DNA of 64,000 nucleotides from positions 7,123-71,122 of the forward strand of contig CALAGR010000138.1 in NCBI GenBank assembly GCA_937891735.1, read 5' to 3'. The notes under the pieces were generated by a model. The model made no database searches. It saw only the letters and a program-made list of their open reading frames with translations, and was not told the origin of the DNA. Shown here one piece after another: positions 49,524 through 59,255 of the stretch. A program made the position numbers and the translations under genes. Numbering within the stretch: position 1 is the first letter of the stretch; each line of letters begins with the position of its first letter. The DNA is from an uncultured Pseudomonadota bacterium (GTDB taxonomy: Bacteria > Myxococcota_A > UBA796 > UBA9615).

Positions 49524-50945
49524 CTAGCCGCGCCGGGTGGCGTGTCCGGCGAGCACGTCGGTGATGCAGCAGGTCAGCTTCTTGGCGTAGGGCACGTGCA
49601 GGAACTCGTTGGGTCCGTGCGCGTTGCTGTTCGGCCCGAGCACGCCCGTCACCACGAACTGCGCGTCGGGGAACTTCGCGTTGAGCATGCCCATGAAGGG
49701 GATGGAGCCGCCCTCGCCCATGTGCAGGCAGGGCTTGCCGTAGTAGGTGATCGAGGCCTCGTCCAGCGTCTGCTCCAGCCACGGGGCCAGGGGCGGGGCG
49801 TTCCACCCGCCCGCCACATCGCTAAAGTCGCCGATGACCTGTGCGTTGTAGGGGATGTCGTCCCGGAACAGCGCGGTCAGCACCTCGCCCGCGGCCTCGC
49901 CGCTCACGGTGGGCGGCAGGCGCAGCGACAGCTTCAGCTTCGTGTGGGGCCGCAGCACGCTGCCGGCGTCGCTCGTGGAGGGCACGCCGTCGATGCCGGT
50001 GATGGACAGCGCAGGGCGCCAGGTGCGGTTGAGCACGCACTCCGTCGGATCCTCGCTGGTGGGCTGCATTTCCCCGGCCCAGGGGAAGCGCTGGTGCACC
50101 GCTGCGCCCAGGGTCTCGCCCGCGCGCGCCGCCTGGCGCCGCCGGTCTTCGGGGATCTCGGCCCACAGGGCCTCGGGCAGGATCCGTCCCGTGTCCGGAT
50201 CCTCCAGCCGGGACAGGAGGTTTCGCGCGATCCGGAAGCTGCTCGCCACCACGCCGGATGCGTCGCCGCTGTGCACGCCCTGGGTGAGCACGTTCACGTC
50301 CAGCGTGCCGCCGAGGATCCCGCGCAGCGAGGTCGTCGACCACATCTGCTCGAAGTTGCCGGCGCCGCTGTCCAGACACACCACCAGATCCGGGGTGCCG
50401 ATAACGTCCTTGAAGTGGTCCACGTACGCCGGCAGATCCGGCGAGCCGGACTCCTCGCAGAACTCGATCATCACCACGATCCGCGAACGGGCCACGCCCT
50501 GCTCCGCGAGGGCGAGCAGCGAGCACACCGAAGCGAACAGGGCGTACCCGTCGTCGGCGCCGCCACGGCCGTACAGCTTGCCGTCCTCGTACTTGGGCTT
50601 CCAGGGGCCCAGATCCTCGCGCCAGCCGGTCATCTCGGGCTGCTTGTCGAGGTGTCCGTACATCAACACCGTGCCCTCGACCCCGCCCACGGCCGGCACG
50701 TCGAGCAGGATCAAGGGCGTGCGCCCCGGCAGTCGCCCCACCTCCACCTGCATTCCGGCGACCGGGTGGGCCCGCAGCCACGCCAGGGCCAGCTGCAGCG
50801 CAGCCTCCATGTGGCCGTTCGCCTCCCAGTTCGCGTCGTACGCGGGGGACTTGTTGGGGATGCGGATGTAGTCGGTGATCGTCGGGACGATGTGCTCGTC
50901 CCAGAAGGCTCCGACGAAGGCGGCGGTGGCTGTGGGATCGGTCAT
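49524..50945 (-). CDS. M20-family metallopeptidase (dipeptidase-like)
   Basis: YGHLDKQP, LYGRGGADDG, EESGS, HSG, GGSIPF, NAHGPNE. Confidence 0.93.
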   Translation of the reverse strand: MTDPTATAAFVGAFWDEHIVPTITDYIRIPNKSPAYDANWEANGHMEAALQLALAWLRAHPVAGMQVEVGRLPGRTPLILLDVPAVGGVEGTVLMYGHLDKQPEMTGWREDLGPWKPKYEDGKLYGRGGADDGYALFASVCSLLALAEQGVARSRIVVMIEFCEESGSPDLPAYVDHFKDVIGTPDLVVCLDSGAGNFEQMWSTTSLRGILGGTLDVNVLTQGVHSGDASGVVASSFRIARNLLSRLEDPDTGRILPEALWAEIPEDRRRQAARAGETLGAAVHQRFPWAGEMQPTSEDPTECVLNRTWRPALSITGIDGVPSTSDAGSVLRPHTKLKLSLRLPPTVSGEAAGEVLTALFRDDIPYNAQVIGDFSDVAGGWNAPPLAPWLEQTLDEASITYYGKPCLHMGEGGSIPFMGMLNAKFPDAQFVVTGVLGPNSNAHGPNEFLHVPYAKKLTCCITDVLAGHATRRG

Positions 50946-51003
50946 GACCGCGGAGTGTATAGGCCGAGCGCGATGGTAGTCTCGCCGCCTCCGGGGAGGC
51001 GAC

Positions 51004-53097
51004 ATGACGAACGAAGACGAACAGACCCTGCTCGAGAAGCTGGTCGCCGCAAGCGGCGATCCGGAGAACATCCCGTCCGCCGTGATGCAGGCCTACCGGG
51101 CCGGTCGCATGGACGCCGCGCGCAGTCTCCTGCTCAAGCACAGCAAGAACGAGCGAAACGGCGTGCGCAAGGCGTTTCAGGAGCAGGTCCTGCGCGAGCT
51201 GCGCTACTGGGTCAAGCCGGCGAAGGCGCCCACGATGTACACGCTCAACGGTGTGGGCTCGATGCTGTACGGCAGCTATCAGAAGGGCGAAGACGGCCTG
51301 CACATCGCCACGCTGTGGTTCACGATCCTGTTCGTCCCGTTCTTCCCGATCAGCGCCTACCTGTGCGCGAAGGCGGAAGAGGGCGGGTACTACTTCTTCG
51401 GCAAGGCGCCGCTTCCCCCCGTCGCTCGCTTCATGCGCGGCCTCGTGGGCGCAGGCGTCCTGGGCTCGATCCTGGTCGCGCTGTTCGGCTCGTTCATGGC
51501 GACCACCCGGACCGACGTCATCGCCTACAACGGCTTCGACGTGGACATCGAGGTGGCCGTCGGGGAGGACACCGCGACCCTGCCGCCGCACAGCGATCAC
51601 ACGTTCCGGCGCGTGCCCGCCGAGGCGTTGATGGTCAGCGCGAGCGCGAACGGCAAGGAGATCGAGGCGCTGGAGGCCGACCTGAACGGGACCAGCGGCG
51701 ACACCGTGCTCTACAACGTGGGCAGCCGGGGCGTGCACGAGAAGCTCTGGGTGCGGTACGGCGCTGGCGATCCGCCGGACGGCGACCTGATCAGCGGTGG
51801 ACCCATCATCGTGCTCGACGAGATCGACTACCCCTTCACCGAAGCGCCCGAAGAGAAGCAGGTCGTCGAAGGGGGCACGATCGACAACACGGTGCTCGAG
51901 TCCCTCGATGAGGAGATCCCGGTCGTCAGCCTGCTGATGCTGCTCATCGAAGAGGACCGCCGCGACGATGGTCTGGCGATGATGGCCTCGGAGCTCAAGG
52001 TGAATCCGGACGCGGCCTTGTACGCTGGCTGGGTCACGGACATGGCCCTGGGCGGCGACGCGCAGGCCGGCAAGGAGTGGCTCCGGCCGATCCTCGACAC
52101 GCAGCCCGACTCCCTGGATCTGCACCGCGCCTGGCAGGAGCTGCACACCCCCGCCGAGCAGGAGGCCCTGCAGAGCGAGTACCGCGCGCGCATGGAGGCC
52201 GCGCCCGGGTCCGCGGACGCGATCTACCTGTTCGCCCGCCTGCTCGACGCCCGCAAGCCCGACACGCTGGCGCTCCTGGAGAAGGCCGTCGCGTTGGACG
52301 CCCAGCACGCCCGCGCGTGGGGGGCGCTCGGCTGGAACCGCGCCATCGCTGGCGACTACCCCGGCGCGCTGGCCGCGTACCACACCCAGGTCGAGCTGAG
52401 CCCCGACGAGTTCACGGGGATCCAGGGGGAGCTCGTGCGCTTGACCGGTCTGAACGGCGCCTCCCTGGACGAGCAGCTGGCGGTCGCCGACCAGGGCATG
52501 GACGAAGGTGAGCCCTCCTGGCTCGGCACGCACATGCGGATCGCCGCGCGCCCCTCCAAGGCCGACCAGCTCATCGAGGACTGGGTCGCCGGGGACGAGG
52601 TGGACGTGTACGTGCTGGCCGACATGATGATCACCGCGGGTCGCCTGGACACGGCCCGGGAGTACATCGCCGGCTCCGAGGATCGGCTCTCCGTCGACAA
52701 CCTCGCCCTCCAGGTGCCGCTGCGGCTGGCGGTCAGCGATGGCGCCACAGACGCGGACCGGGCGTTGGTCTCGGCGATCCTCTCGGGCGACGAGCTGCCG
52801 TCGATGAGCGAGGAATTTCAGCTCCTGGCGCTGTCCTTCGCGCGCAAGAACGGCCTCGATGCGGCCGGGGCCATCGAAGCGCAGCTCCAGTCGAGCGACC
52901 TCGTGACCGTCATCCCGTCGCTGGCAGGGGGCGTGGACGTGCAGGCCACCGACGACGCCCTCGGGGCGCTCGGGTTGCGCCAGCATGCGGCGGCCGCTGG
53001 GGCCATCGCCTACTCCTCGACGGGAGCGGCGCGTGACCGGTGGCGGGCCCAGGCGCGCAAGCTGGGCACCGCGGACGAGCTGCCGTCCTGGAGGTAG
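51004..53097 (+). CDS. Membrane protein with TPR repeats
   Basis: GGAGG RBS; TLNGVG...ATLWFTILFVPFFPISAY hairpin motif, TM helix, C-terminal TPRs. Confidence 0.75.
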   Translation: MTNEDEQTLLEKLVAASGDPENIPSAVMQAYRAGRMDAARSLLLKHSKNERNGVRKAFQEQVLRELRYWVKPAKAPTMYTLNGVGSMLYGSYQKGEDGLHIATLWFTILFVPFFPISAYLCAKAEEGGYYFFGKAPLPPVARFMRGLVGAGVLGSILVALFGSFMATTRTDVIAYNGFDVDIEVAVGEDTATLPPHSDHTFRRVPAEALMVSASANGKEIEALEADLNGTSGDTVLYNVGSRGVHEKLWVRYGAGDPPDGDLISGGPIIVLDEIDYPFTEAPEEKQVVEGGTIDNTVLESLDEEIPVVSLLMLLIEEDRRDDGLAMMASELKVNPDAALYAGWVTDMALGGDAQAGKEWLRPILDTQPDSLDLHRAWQELHTPAEQEALQSEYRARMEAAPGSADAIYLFARLLDARKPDTLALLEKAVALDAQHARAWGALGWNRAIAGDYPGALAAYHTQVELSPDEFTGIQGELVRLTGLNGASLDEQLAVADQGMDEGEPSWLGTHMRIAARPSKADQLIEDWVAGDEVDVYVLADMMITAGRLDTAREYIAGSEDRLSVDNLALQVPLRLAVSDGATDADRALVSAILSGDELPSMSEEFQLLALSFARKNGLDAAGAIEAQLQSSDLVTVIPSLAGGVDVQATDDALGALGLRQHAAAAGAIAYSSTGAARDRWRAQARKLGTADELPSWR

Positions 53098-53098
53098 C

Positions 53099-53473
53099 TC
53101 AGCCCCGGGTGGAGGCGCCGCTCCGGCGCAGCACGAGGGGGTACTCCACGTCGGCGACGGAGCCGGCGGGCTCGACGTTCCAGTTCAGCGTCAGGAGGCC
53201 GTCCAGGGCCGAGTCCTGCTCGAGCGCGCGCTCGTAGCACGCCCTGACCCGCGGCATCTGGCGCCGGATCGCGGTGAGCACCGCGTCGGGCTTGAGCTCG
53301 CGACGGGGCACGCGGGCCTCCTTGCTGCGGGACGGGCTGGCCATCGAGGTAGCCTTGGGGGGCGCTGCGGGCGGCTTCGGCAGGGGTCTGGGCGGGGCCG
53401 CCTGACCAGGGCAGCACCCCGCGGCGAGCAGGGTGACGGCGAGGGGGAAGGCGAAGACAATGCGGTTGCTCAT
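53099..53473 (-). CDS. Lipoprotein with a shortened AgmX/PglI C-terminal (TonB-C-like) domain; possibly internally deleted
   Basis: Lipobox LAAGC, Pro-rich linker, IRRQMPRVRACYERAL..D..L.G...L.W.V...GSV, then directly YPLVL. Confidence 0.65.
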   Translation of the reverse strand: MSNRIVFAFPLAVTLLAAGCCPGQAAPPRPLPKPPAAPPKATSMASPSRSKEARVPRRELKPDAVLTAIRRQMPRVRACYERALEQDSALDGLLTLNWNVEPAGSVADVEYPLVLRRSGASTRG

Positions 53474-53597
53474 GACGATCTCCAGGGCGGTTGCCTCCTC
53501 TCATCGCAAGCCGCGTGCCAGCCACCTCCCATGGGGGCGAGCATGCCGTCAGGCACTGGCTGATCGGCACACGTTCGTGCGGGCCGGGGCCGGCTTC

Positions 53598-54047
53598 GTG
53601 TGGTTGCTCGGACGTTCACGGACGTCCGCGCTGTGTCTGCTGGTGGTGTTGCTGGGGTGCCGGTCCGAGCCGGCGGCCGACGACGACGCCCGGAGTGCGC
53701 CCAAGGCCGTGATCGGCGCGGCGGCCACGGGTTCGGTGATCGACCCCGCCGCCGTGTTCCCCGGGTCCTGGGCCTGCCCGGACTCGTCTGCGGTGTGGCA
53801 GCTCGGTGCGGCGGGCGGGGCGATGTCCGTGGCTGGCGTGGATGTGCGGGACGGCGAGGCCTTCGAGGTCGGCGAGGTGACCTGGGACGGAGGCTCCGTG
53901 CTGCGCTTCAGCGCCCGGATGCCGTCCACGGACTGGACAGTGGTGTCCACGCTGCGGGTGCTGGACAGGAACACGCTGAAGGCCGAGCGGGACGGGGCCG
54001 CGCCCTGGTCCTGCGTGCTGAGCCGGACCGCCGACCCCGCGCAGTGA
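53598..54047 (+). CDS. Hypothetical lipoprotein (beta-rich)
   Basis: Lipobox VLLGC; FPGSW; start uncertain. Confidence 0.55.
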   Translation: MWLLGRSRTSALCLLVVLLGCRSEPAADDDARSAPKAVIGAAATGSVIDPAAVFPGSWACPDSSAVWQLGAAGGAMSVAGVDVRDGEAFEVGEVTWDGGSVLRFSARMPSTDWTVVSTLRVLDRNTLKAERDGAAPWSCVLSRTADPAQ

Positions 54048-54183
54048 AGGGGTGGCGGCGCGCGTAGGCGCCCCTCAACGGCGAAAGTGCCCCCCAACGC
54101 GCGCAGCGTTGAGAGCTCCCCCCGGTTCCGTGGCATCTTGCCGGCCGCGCTCGGCGGCGTCGCCATCCCCCAGGCCGGCGGAC

Positions 54184-54921
54184 TCAGCCCCGCGTTCCCC
54201 GGCCGACCTCCACCCACAGCCGCAGCATCTCCAGCACCGTCTTTACGATGACGTCGGGCCGGCCGCCCTTGGCCTGCCCCCCCTGCCGCGGCCGGTACAC
54301 CGACGGCACCTCCACCACGCGCCCTCCGCGCTCCCGGGTGCGCACCAGGATCTCCTCCAGGAAGAACACCCCCCGCGACTTCGGCTCCAGCCGGTCGAAG
54401 ATCTCGCGCCGCCACAGGTGCACCCAGTTCACGTCCTGGAACTGGTGATCGAACAGCCGGTTGCACATCTGCAGGAACACGAACGAGCTCAGCCGCCGGT
54501 ACAGCGTGTAGTCGTGGCGGCTCAGGCGGTGCCCGATGACGATGTCCGCGCCGTCCTCGGCCGCGTTGACGTACATCGGGATCTCGCCGTGGTCGAACTG
54601 CCCGTCGGCCGGCACGTAGATCACGTAGCGGCCCCGTCCCGCCTGGATCCCCGTCCAGATCGCCTGACCGGAGCCCTGGTTCGTCCGGTGCCGGAGCAGG
54701 CCGACCCGCGGCTCCCGCTCCCGCTGGTAGCGCGTCGCGATCTCCGCCGAGGCATCCCGGGATCCGTCGTCCACGACCAGCACCTCCCAGGTGAACGACG
54801 CTTCATCCAGCACGCCGCACAGCTCGTCCAGGGTCGGCTCCAGCGTCTCCTCCTCGTTGAAGCACGGCACGATCACCGTGACCAGGGGCGCGTCCTCGGC
54901 CGATGCCGCGGGGTGCGTCAC
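54184..54921 (-). CDS. GT2 glycosyltransferase (DPM1/ArnC-like polyprenol-phosphate glycosyltransferase)
   Basis: VIVPCFNEE, VVDDGSRD, NQGSG, PADGQ, EVPSVYRPRQGG; GTGA overlap with the carbamoyltransferase. Confidence 0.9.
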   Translation of the reverse strand: MTHPAASAEDAPLVTVIVPCFNEEETLEPTLDELCGVLDEASFTWEVLVVDDGSRDASAEIATRYQREREPRVGLLRHRTNQGSGQAIWTGIQAGRGRYVIYVPADGQFDHGEIPMYVNAAEDGADIVIGHRLSRHDYTLYRRLSSFVFLQMCNRLFDHQFQDVNWVHLWRREIFDRLEPKSRGVFFLEEILVRTRERGGRVVEVPSVYRPRQGGQAKGGRPDVIVKTVLEMLRLWVEVGRGTRG

Positions 54922-56681
54922 GCGCCGAGCCCCGGCTTGACCAGCACGCACGGTCCCAGCACGAGCCGGTCCAGCCCCGTGCTCGCCCAGCACCGGATCG
55001 CGTCGTCCGGCGTGCCGACGATGGGCTCTCCGCGCACGTTGAACGACGTGTCCAGCACCACCGGAACGCCGGTGAGCTCCCCGAACGCCGTGATGAGGCG
55101 GTGGTACAGCGGATCGCCCGACGCGCTGACCGTCTGCAGCCGCGCCGTGCCGTCGATGTGGGTGACGGCGCCCAGCTGCGCGCGGGCCTCCGGCCGCACG
55201 ACGAACACCTTCTGCATGAAGGGCACGCAGTCGTCCGACGAACGGCTCTCGGGCAGCTCGAACAGCCCCGCCGCGGCCTCGGCGATCACCGACGGGGCGA
55301 ACGGCCGGAACGGCTCCCGGAACTTCACCCGAGCGTTCAGCACGTCCTTGTTCTCGGCCTTGCGGGGATCCGCGAGGATGCAGCGGCTGCCCAGCGCCCG
55401 CATGCCCAGCTCGGCCCGACCCTGAAACCACCCCACCAGCTCGCCCCGGACCAGCGCGGCGGCCGTGTCGGCGGCGATGTCATCGGGCTCGGTCCACGCC
55501 CAGCCACCCCGGCGCAGCGCGGCGCGGCACGCCTCCGCGTCGAAGGACGGTCCGAACCGGTCGTTGATCCAGCGGTGCCGCTCGGTGCGCCCCTCCAGCC
55601 CGTGCCAGACATGCAGCGCCGCGCCCACCGCCGTGCCGCCGTCGCCCGCCGCGGGCTGGATCCACACGTCCCGGAACGGCCCCTCCAGCGCGAGCCGGCC
55701 CCCCGCCGCGGAGTTCATCGCCACCCCGCCGGCCATGACGAGATCGGGCAGATCGGTCCTGTCGTGCAGGCGCCGGGCCATGCGCAGCAGGGCTTCCTCG
55801 GTGGCGCGCTGCAACGCGTGGGCGACCGCCTTGTGGTTGTCGTCCAGCGGCGACTCGGGGGCGCGTCCAGGCCCGAACACCTCGACGAAGCGGGCGCTGA
55901 CCCGGTCGGGCGTGTCCAGCGTGTACGCGAACCACGTCGGGTCCACCCGATAGGCCGGCCCGTCGTGCGGATCCACCTCGGGATCGACCCCCAGCATCTT
56001 CAGGAAGCGCCAGACGTGGCGGTCGTCCCCGTAGGGCGCCAGGCCCATGACCTTGCCTTCGCCGTCATTGGGGCGGAAGCCCAGCCAGCCCGTCACCGCG
56101 GCGTACACCGCGCCCAGCGACTGGGGGAAGTCGAGCTGCTCGATGGCCTCGTACCGGTAGGCCCCGTCCTGCATGCGCCACGCCCCGAGGGTGGTGGCGG
56201 CGCGCTCGCCGTAGCCGTCCACGGTCAGCACCGCGGCCTCCTGAAACGGCGACGGGAAGAACGCGGCGGCGGCGTGCGTGCGGTGGTGCGTGACGTAGTG
56301 GATCGTGAGCGGCTCGCGGCCGTCCAGGTGGATCATCTGCGTCATGTGGCCGCTGGAGATCCCGCCCAGGGGGGCCCGCAGCGCGCCGAGCAGCCACGAC
56401 GGGGCCATGTGCAGGTAGTCGCCGTGGTGCCGGTAGGTGTTGCTGCGCCCGCCGTGGGGGAAGTCGAGCTGCAGCGCGGGGTTCCAGAAGAACGCGATGG
56501 AGTCGACGTCCGCGAGGCTGATGCCCCCTTCGGCCAGACACCACCGGATCGCCTGGCCGGGCCACGCGCGGTCGTGCTTGATGCGGGTGAAGCGCTCCTC
56601 CAGCGCCGCCGCGACGGTCACTCCGTCCCGCAGCAGCGCGGCGGACGTGTCGATGCCGAAGCTGATCCCGAGGATGTGCAC
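54918..56681 (-). CDS. NodU/CmcH-family carbamoyltransferase
   Basis: EERFTRIKH, HHRTHAA, TVDGYGE, EGKVMGLAPYG, AGGVAMN, AGDGG, RALGSR, KFREPFRPFAP, TSFNVRGEP. Confidence 0.95.
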   Translation of the reverse strand: MHILGISFGIDTSAALLRDGVTVAAALEERFTRIKHDRAWPGQAIRWCLAEGGISLADVDSIAFFWNPALQLDFPHGGRSNTYRHHGDYLHMAPSWLLGALRAPLGGISSGHMTQMIHLDGREPLTIHYVTHHRTHAAAAFFPSPFQEAAVLTVDGYGERAATTLGAWRMQDGAYRYEAIEQLDFPQSLGAVYAAVTGWLGFRPNDGEGKVMGLAPYGDDRHVWRFLKMLGVDPEVDPHDGPAYRVDPTWFAYTLDTPDRVSARFVEVFGPGRAPESPLDDNHKAVAHALQRATEEALLRMARRLHDRTDLPDLVMAGGVAMNSAAGGRLALEGPFRDVWIQPAAGDGGTAVGAALHVWHGLEGRTERHRWINDRFGPSFDAEACRAALRRGGWAWTEPDDIAADTAAALVRGELVGWFQGRAELGMRALGSRCILADPRKAENKDVLNARVKFREPFRPFAPSVIAEAAAGLFELPESRSSDDCVPFMQKVFVVRPEARAQLGAVTHIDGTARLQTVSASGDPLYHRLITAFGELTGVPVVLDTSFNVRGEPIVGTPDDAIRCWASTGLDRLVLGPCVLVKPGLGA

Positions 56682-56748
56682 GGCTGAAGAGTAACCGCTG
56701 GCAACGGGGGCCGTTTCAATCCACCCTCACCCCGTCACCGGAGGTGCG

Positions 56749-58395
56749 ATGGCCTGGACACGACGTCAGATCCTGGAGTTGTCCGCGAAGCTGGGGCTGC
56801 TGTCCCTGGCGCCGATGGGCGTCGGCTGCGAGCCCGAGCCGGACGACGACGACTCCACCCCCAGCGCCAGCGGCTGGCCTCCCTTCGAGGGCTGTGATCC
56901 CGAGACCGTGGACTGGGTCTACGACGGCGAGCTGGGCCCCGAGACCACGTTCTCCCACGGCGTCGCGTCCGGCGATCCCCTGGCCGACGCGGTGATCCTG
57001 TGGACCCGCGTCACCACCGAACAGGACGCCGTGGACGTGCTGTGGGAGGTGGCCGAGACGCCGGACTTCGCGACGATCTACGCATCGGGCCTGGCGTCGG
57101 CGACGGCGGAGCGGGACTGGACGGTCAAGGTGGACGCCACCTGCCTGCGCCCCGGCCAGACCTGGTACTACCGCTTCAGCGCCCTGGGCCGGACCTCGGT
57201 GGTGGGCCGCACCCGCACCGCGCCCTACGGCCCGGCGGATCGGCTGCGCTTCGCGTTCTGCTCCTGCGCCAGCTACGCCCACGGCTGGTACCACGCCTAC
57301 CGGGCCCTGGCGGAGCAGCCGGATCTGGACGTGGTGTTCCACCTGGGGGACTACACCTACGAGCAGGCCCAGGGCGACTACGGCGACGTGCGGCCGCTGG
57401 AGCCCACCCACGAGACCGTGACCCTGGACGACAAGCGGCGGCGCTATGCGTACTACCGGCTCGATCCGGACCTGCAGGAGGTGCACCGCCAGCACCCCTT
57501 CGTGTGCACCTGGGACGACCACGAGTTCGCCAACGGCACCTGGTCGGGCGGCGCCCAGGACCACCAGCCGGACACGGAGGGCACCTGGGAGGATCGCCTC
57601 GCCGCGGGGATGCGGGCCTACGTGGAGTGGCTGCCGATCCGCGAGGAACTGCCGGGCATCATCTACCGGCGCCTGCTGTACGGCGATCTGCTCGACGTGC
57701 TCGTGCTCGACACCCGGGTCGTGGGACGCGACGCCCCGCCCACCACCACGGACCAGGCCTACGATCCCGACCGTCAGCTGCTCGGTGAGCTGCAGGAGCA
57801 GTGGCTGCTGGATCGCCTGAGCGCGACGCCGGCCCGGTGGACGCTGCTGGCCCAGCAGATCTGCATGGGCCAGTGGTCTCTGAGCACGGACGACCAGGGG
57901 CGGGCTCGCCCCCTGAACCAGGACGCCTGGGACGGCTACCAGGCAGCGCGGCAGCGGATCTTCGAGCACATCGTGGACGAGCAGATCGAGGGCGTCGTTG
58001 TGATCTCGGGCGACGTGCACAGCTCCTGGGCCAACGATCTGGCCCTGGACTTCAACGCCTACGACGCCGCGCTGCACACCGGCGCAGTGGCCGTGGAGGC
58101 GGTGTGCCCGGGGATCAGCAGCCCCGGCACGTCCGTGCTGGATGCGCTCTTCAACGACGACAACCCGTACATCCGCTGGCAGAACAGCACGCTGCGGGGC
58201 TTCGTGATCTGCGAGGTCGACCACCAGCGGCTGCAGGCCGACTGGCACCTCCTGCCCGCAGGCTCGATCGAGTCGGAGACGTACACGGCGCCAGAGGTGG
58301 CCGCGAGCTTCGTGGTGACCCACGGCCAGCCGTGGTGGGAGCCGGCGGACGGGCCCCTGCAGCCGGTGCCCGGAGCGCCGCCCCTGGCGCCCTAA
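56749..58395 (+). CDS. phoD: Alkaline phosphatase D family, Tat-exported lipoprotein
   Basis: TRRQIL Tat motif plus Cys, FSHGVASGDP, HLGDYTYE, WDDHE, LDTR, DAWDGY, SGDVHSSW. Confidence 0.93.
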   Translation: MAWTRRQILELSAKLGLLSLAPMGVGCEPEPDDDDSTPSASGWPPFEGCDPETVDWVYDGELGPETTFSHGVASGDPLADAVILWTRVTTEQDAVDVLWEVAETPDFATIYASGLASATAERDWTVKVDATCLRPGQTWYYRFSALGRTSVVGRTRTAPYGPADRLRFAFCSCASYAHGWYHAYRALAEQPDLDVVFHLGDYTYEQAQGDYGDVRPLEPTHETVTLDDKRRRYAYYRLDPDLQEVHRQHPFVCTWDDHEFANGTWSGGAQDHQPDTEGTWEDRLAAGMRAYVEWLPIREELPGIIYRRLLYGDLLDVLVLDTRVVGRDAPPTTTDQAYDPDRQLLGELQEQWLLDRLSATPARWTLLAQQICMGQWSLSTDDQGRARPLNQDAWDGYQAARQRIFEHIVDEQIEGVVVISGDVHSSWANDLALDFNAYDAALHTGAVAVEAVCPGISSPGTSVLDALFNDDNPYIRWQNSTLRGFVICEVDHQRLQADWHLLPAGSIESETYTAPEVAASFVVTHGQPWWEPADGPLQPVPGAPPLAP

Positions 58396-59255
58396 CGCGA
58401 GTTGATCTCGGGGTTGTAGGCGTTGTCGAACGCGGGGCTGCCCCCGGGACCCTGGGTGGCGCCCAGGTCTCCGTCCCGGCGGCGGATCTCGCGCAGGCGT
58501 TCGGCCGCGGCCTGCACGTCCAGGCCCTCTTCGAGCACCGCGTTGCGCACCACGTCCTGCATCAGCGGGTACTTCTCGGCGCAGTACTGCTCGCTGTCCT
58601 TCTCGCGCTGCTCGCCCACGAGTCCGCCGTAGAACAGGCGCCCGTACACGTCCGCGGGCACGCCGAACAGGCACGTGGGCTGCGTGTCGAACAGGATGAA
58701 CTGCTTCTTGAGGCGCTTCTTGCCGGAGATCCCGAGCTCGTCCAGGCGCCGGTCCGACTCGCTCTCCTCGTAGATCGGCGAGAAGTGCCGGATCCCGTAC
58801 TCCTGCGAGTAGAAGCGTCGGTTGCGGCGGATCACCGACTCCATCTGCTCGGGCACGGTGGACTGCGCCCGGATCGAGCCGTCCGCGAGGTAGGCGACGC
58901 CGTTCTTCAGGCACCAGTAGATCGCGAAGGAGTGCATCGACAGCCGGCATCCCAGGCACACCAGCGACGACATGTTGAAGCCGAACTCCTTCAGGTCGGC
59001 CTTCACGTCCACCCCCAGGATCTGGCGGATGAAGTGCTTGATGTCGATGATCTGGTGCTCGACGCGGTCCGCGCCGAACTTCGCCTGGAGCTTGCGGGCG
59101 TGCACCTTCGTGTTCCCCACGAACAGCAGGAACCCGGGATCGAACGTCAGCAGCGTGACCTTGTCGCACTCGTCCAGCATCTGGGCGGCGGCGAGGGTCG
59201 AGTCGGTGCCACCGGAGAAGAGGACGGCGGCGTGGGCCTTCCTGGGCTTGGTCAC
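58392..59255 (-). CDS. PP-loop (adenine nucleotide alpha hydrolase) ATPase, QueC/N-type-like, function unknown
   Basis: VLFSGGTDST, CLGCR, late QPTC; GTGA overlap with the aminotransferase stop. Confidence 0.8.
   Translation of the reverse strand: MTKPRKAHAAVLFSGGTDSTLAAAQMLDECDKVTLLTFDPGFLLFVGNTKVHARKLQAKFGADRVEHQIIDIKHFIRQILGVDVKADLKEFGFNMSSLVCLGCRLSMHSFAIYWCLKNGVAYLADGSIRAQSTVPEQMESVIRRNRRFYSQEYGIRHFSPIYEESESDRRLDELGISGKKRLKKQFILFDTQPTCLFGVPADVYGRLFYGGLVGEQREKDSEQYCAEKYPLMQDVVRNAVLEEGLDVQAAAERLREIRRRDGDLGATQGPGGSPAFDNAYNPEINSR

Noticed and set aside
58392-59255. queC or a QueC-based defence system (Qat/Dpd)
   Set aside because: Only the PP-loop matches; the QueC C-terminal CxxCxxC Zn motif and partner genes are absent, and the context is sugar metabolism.
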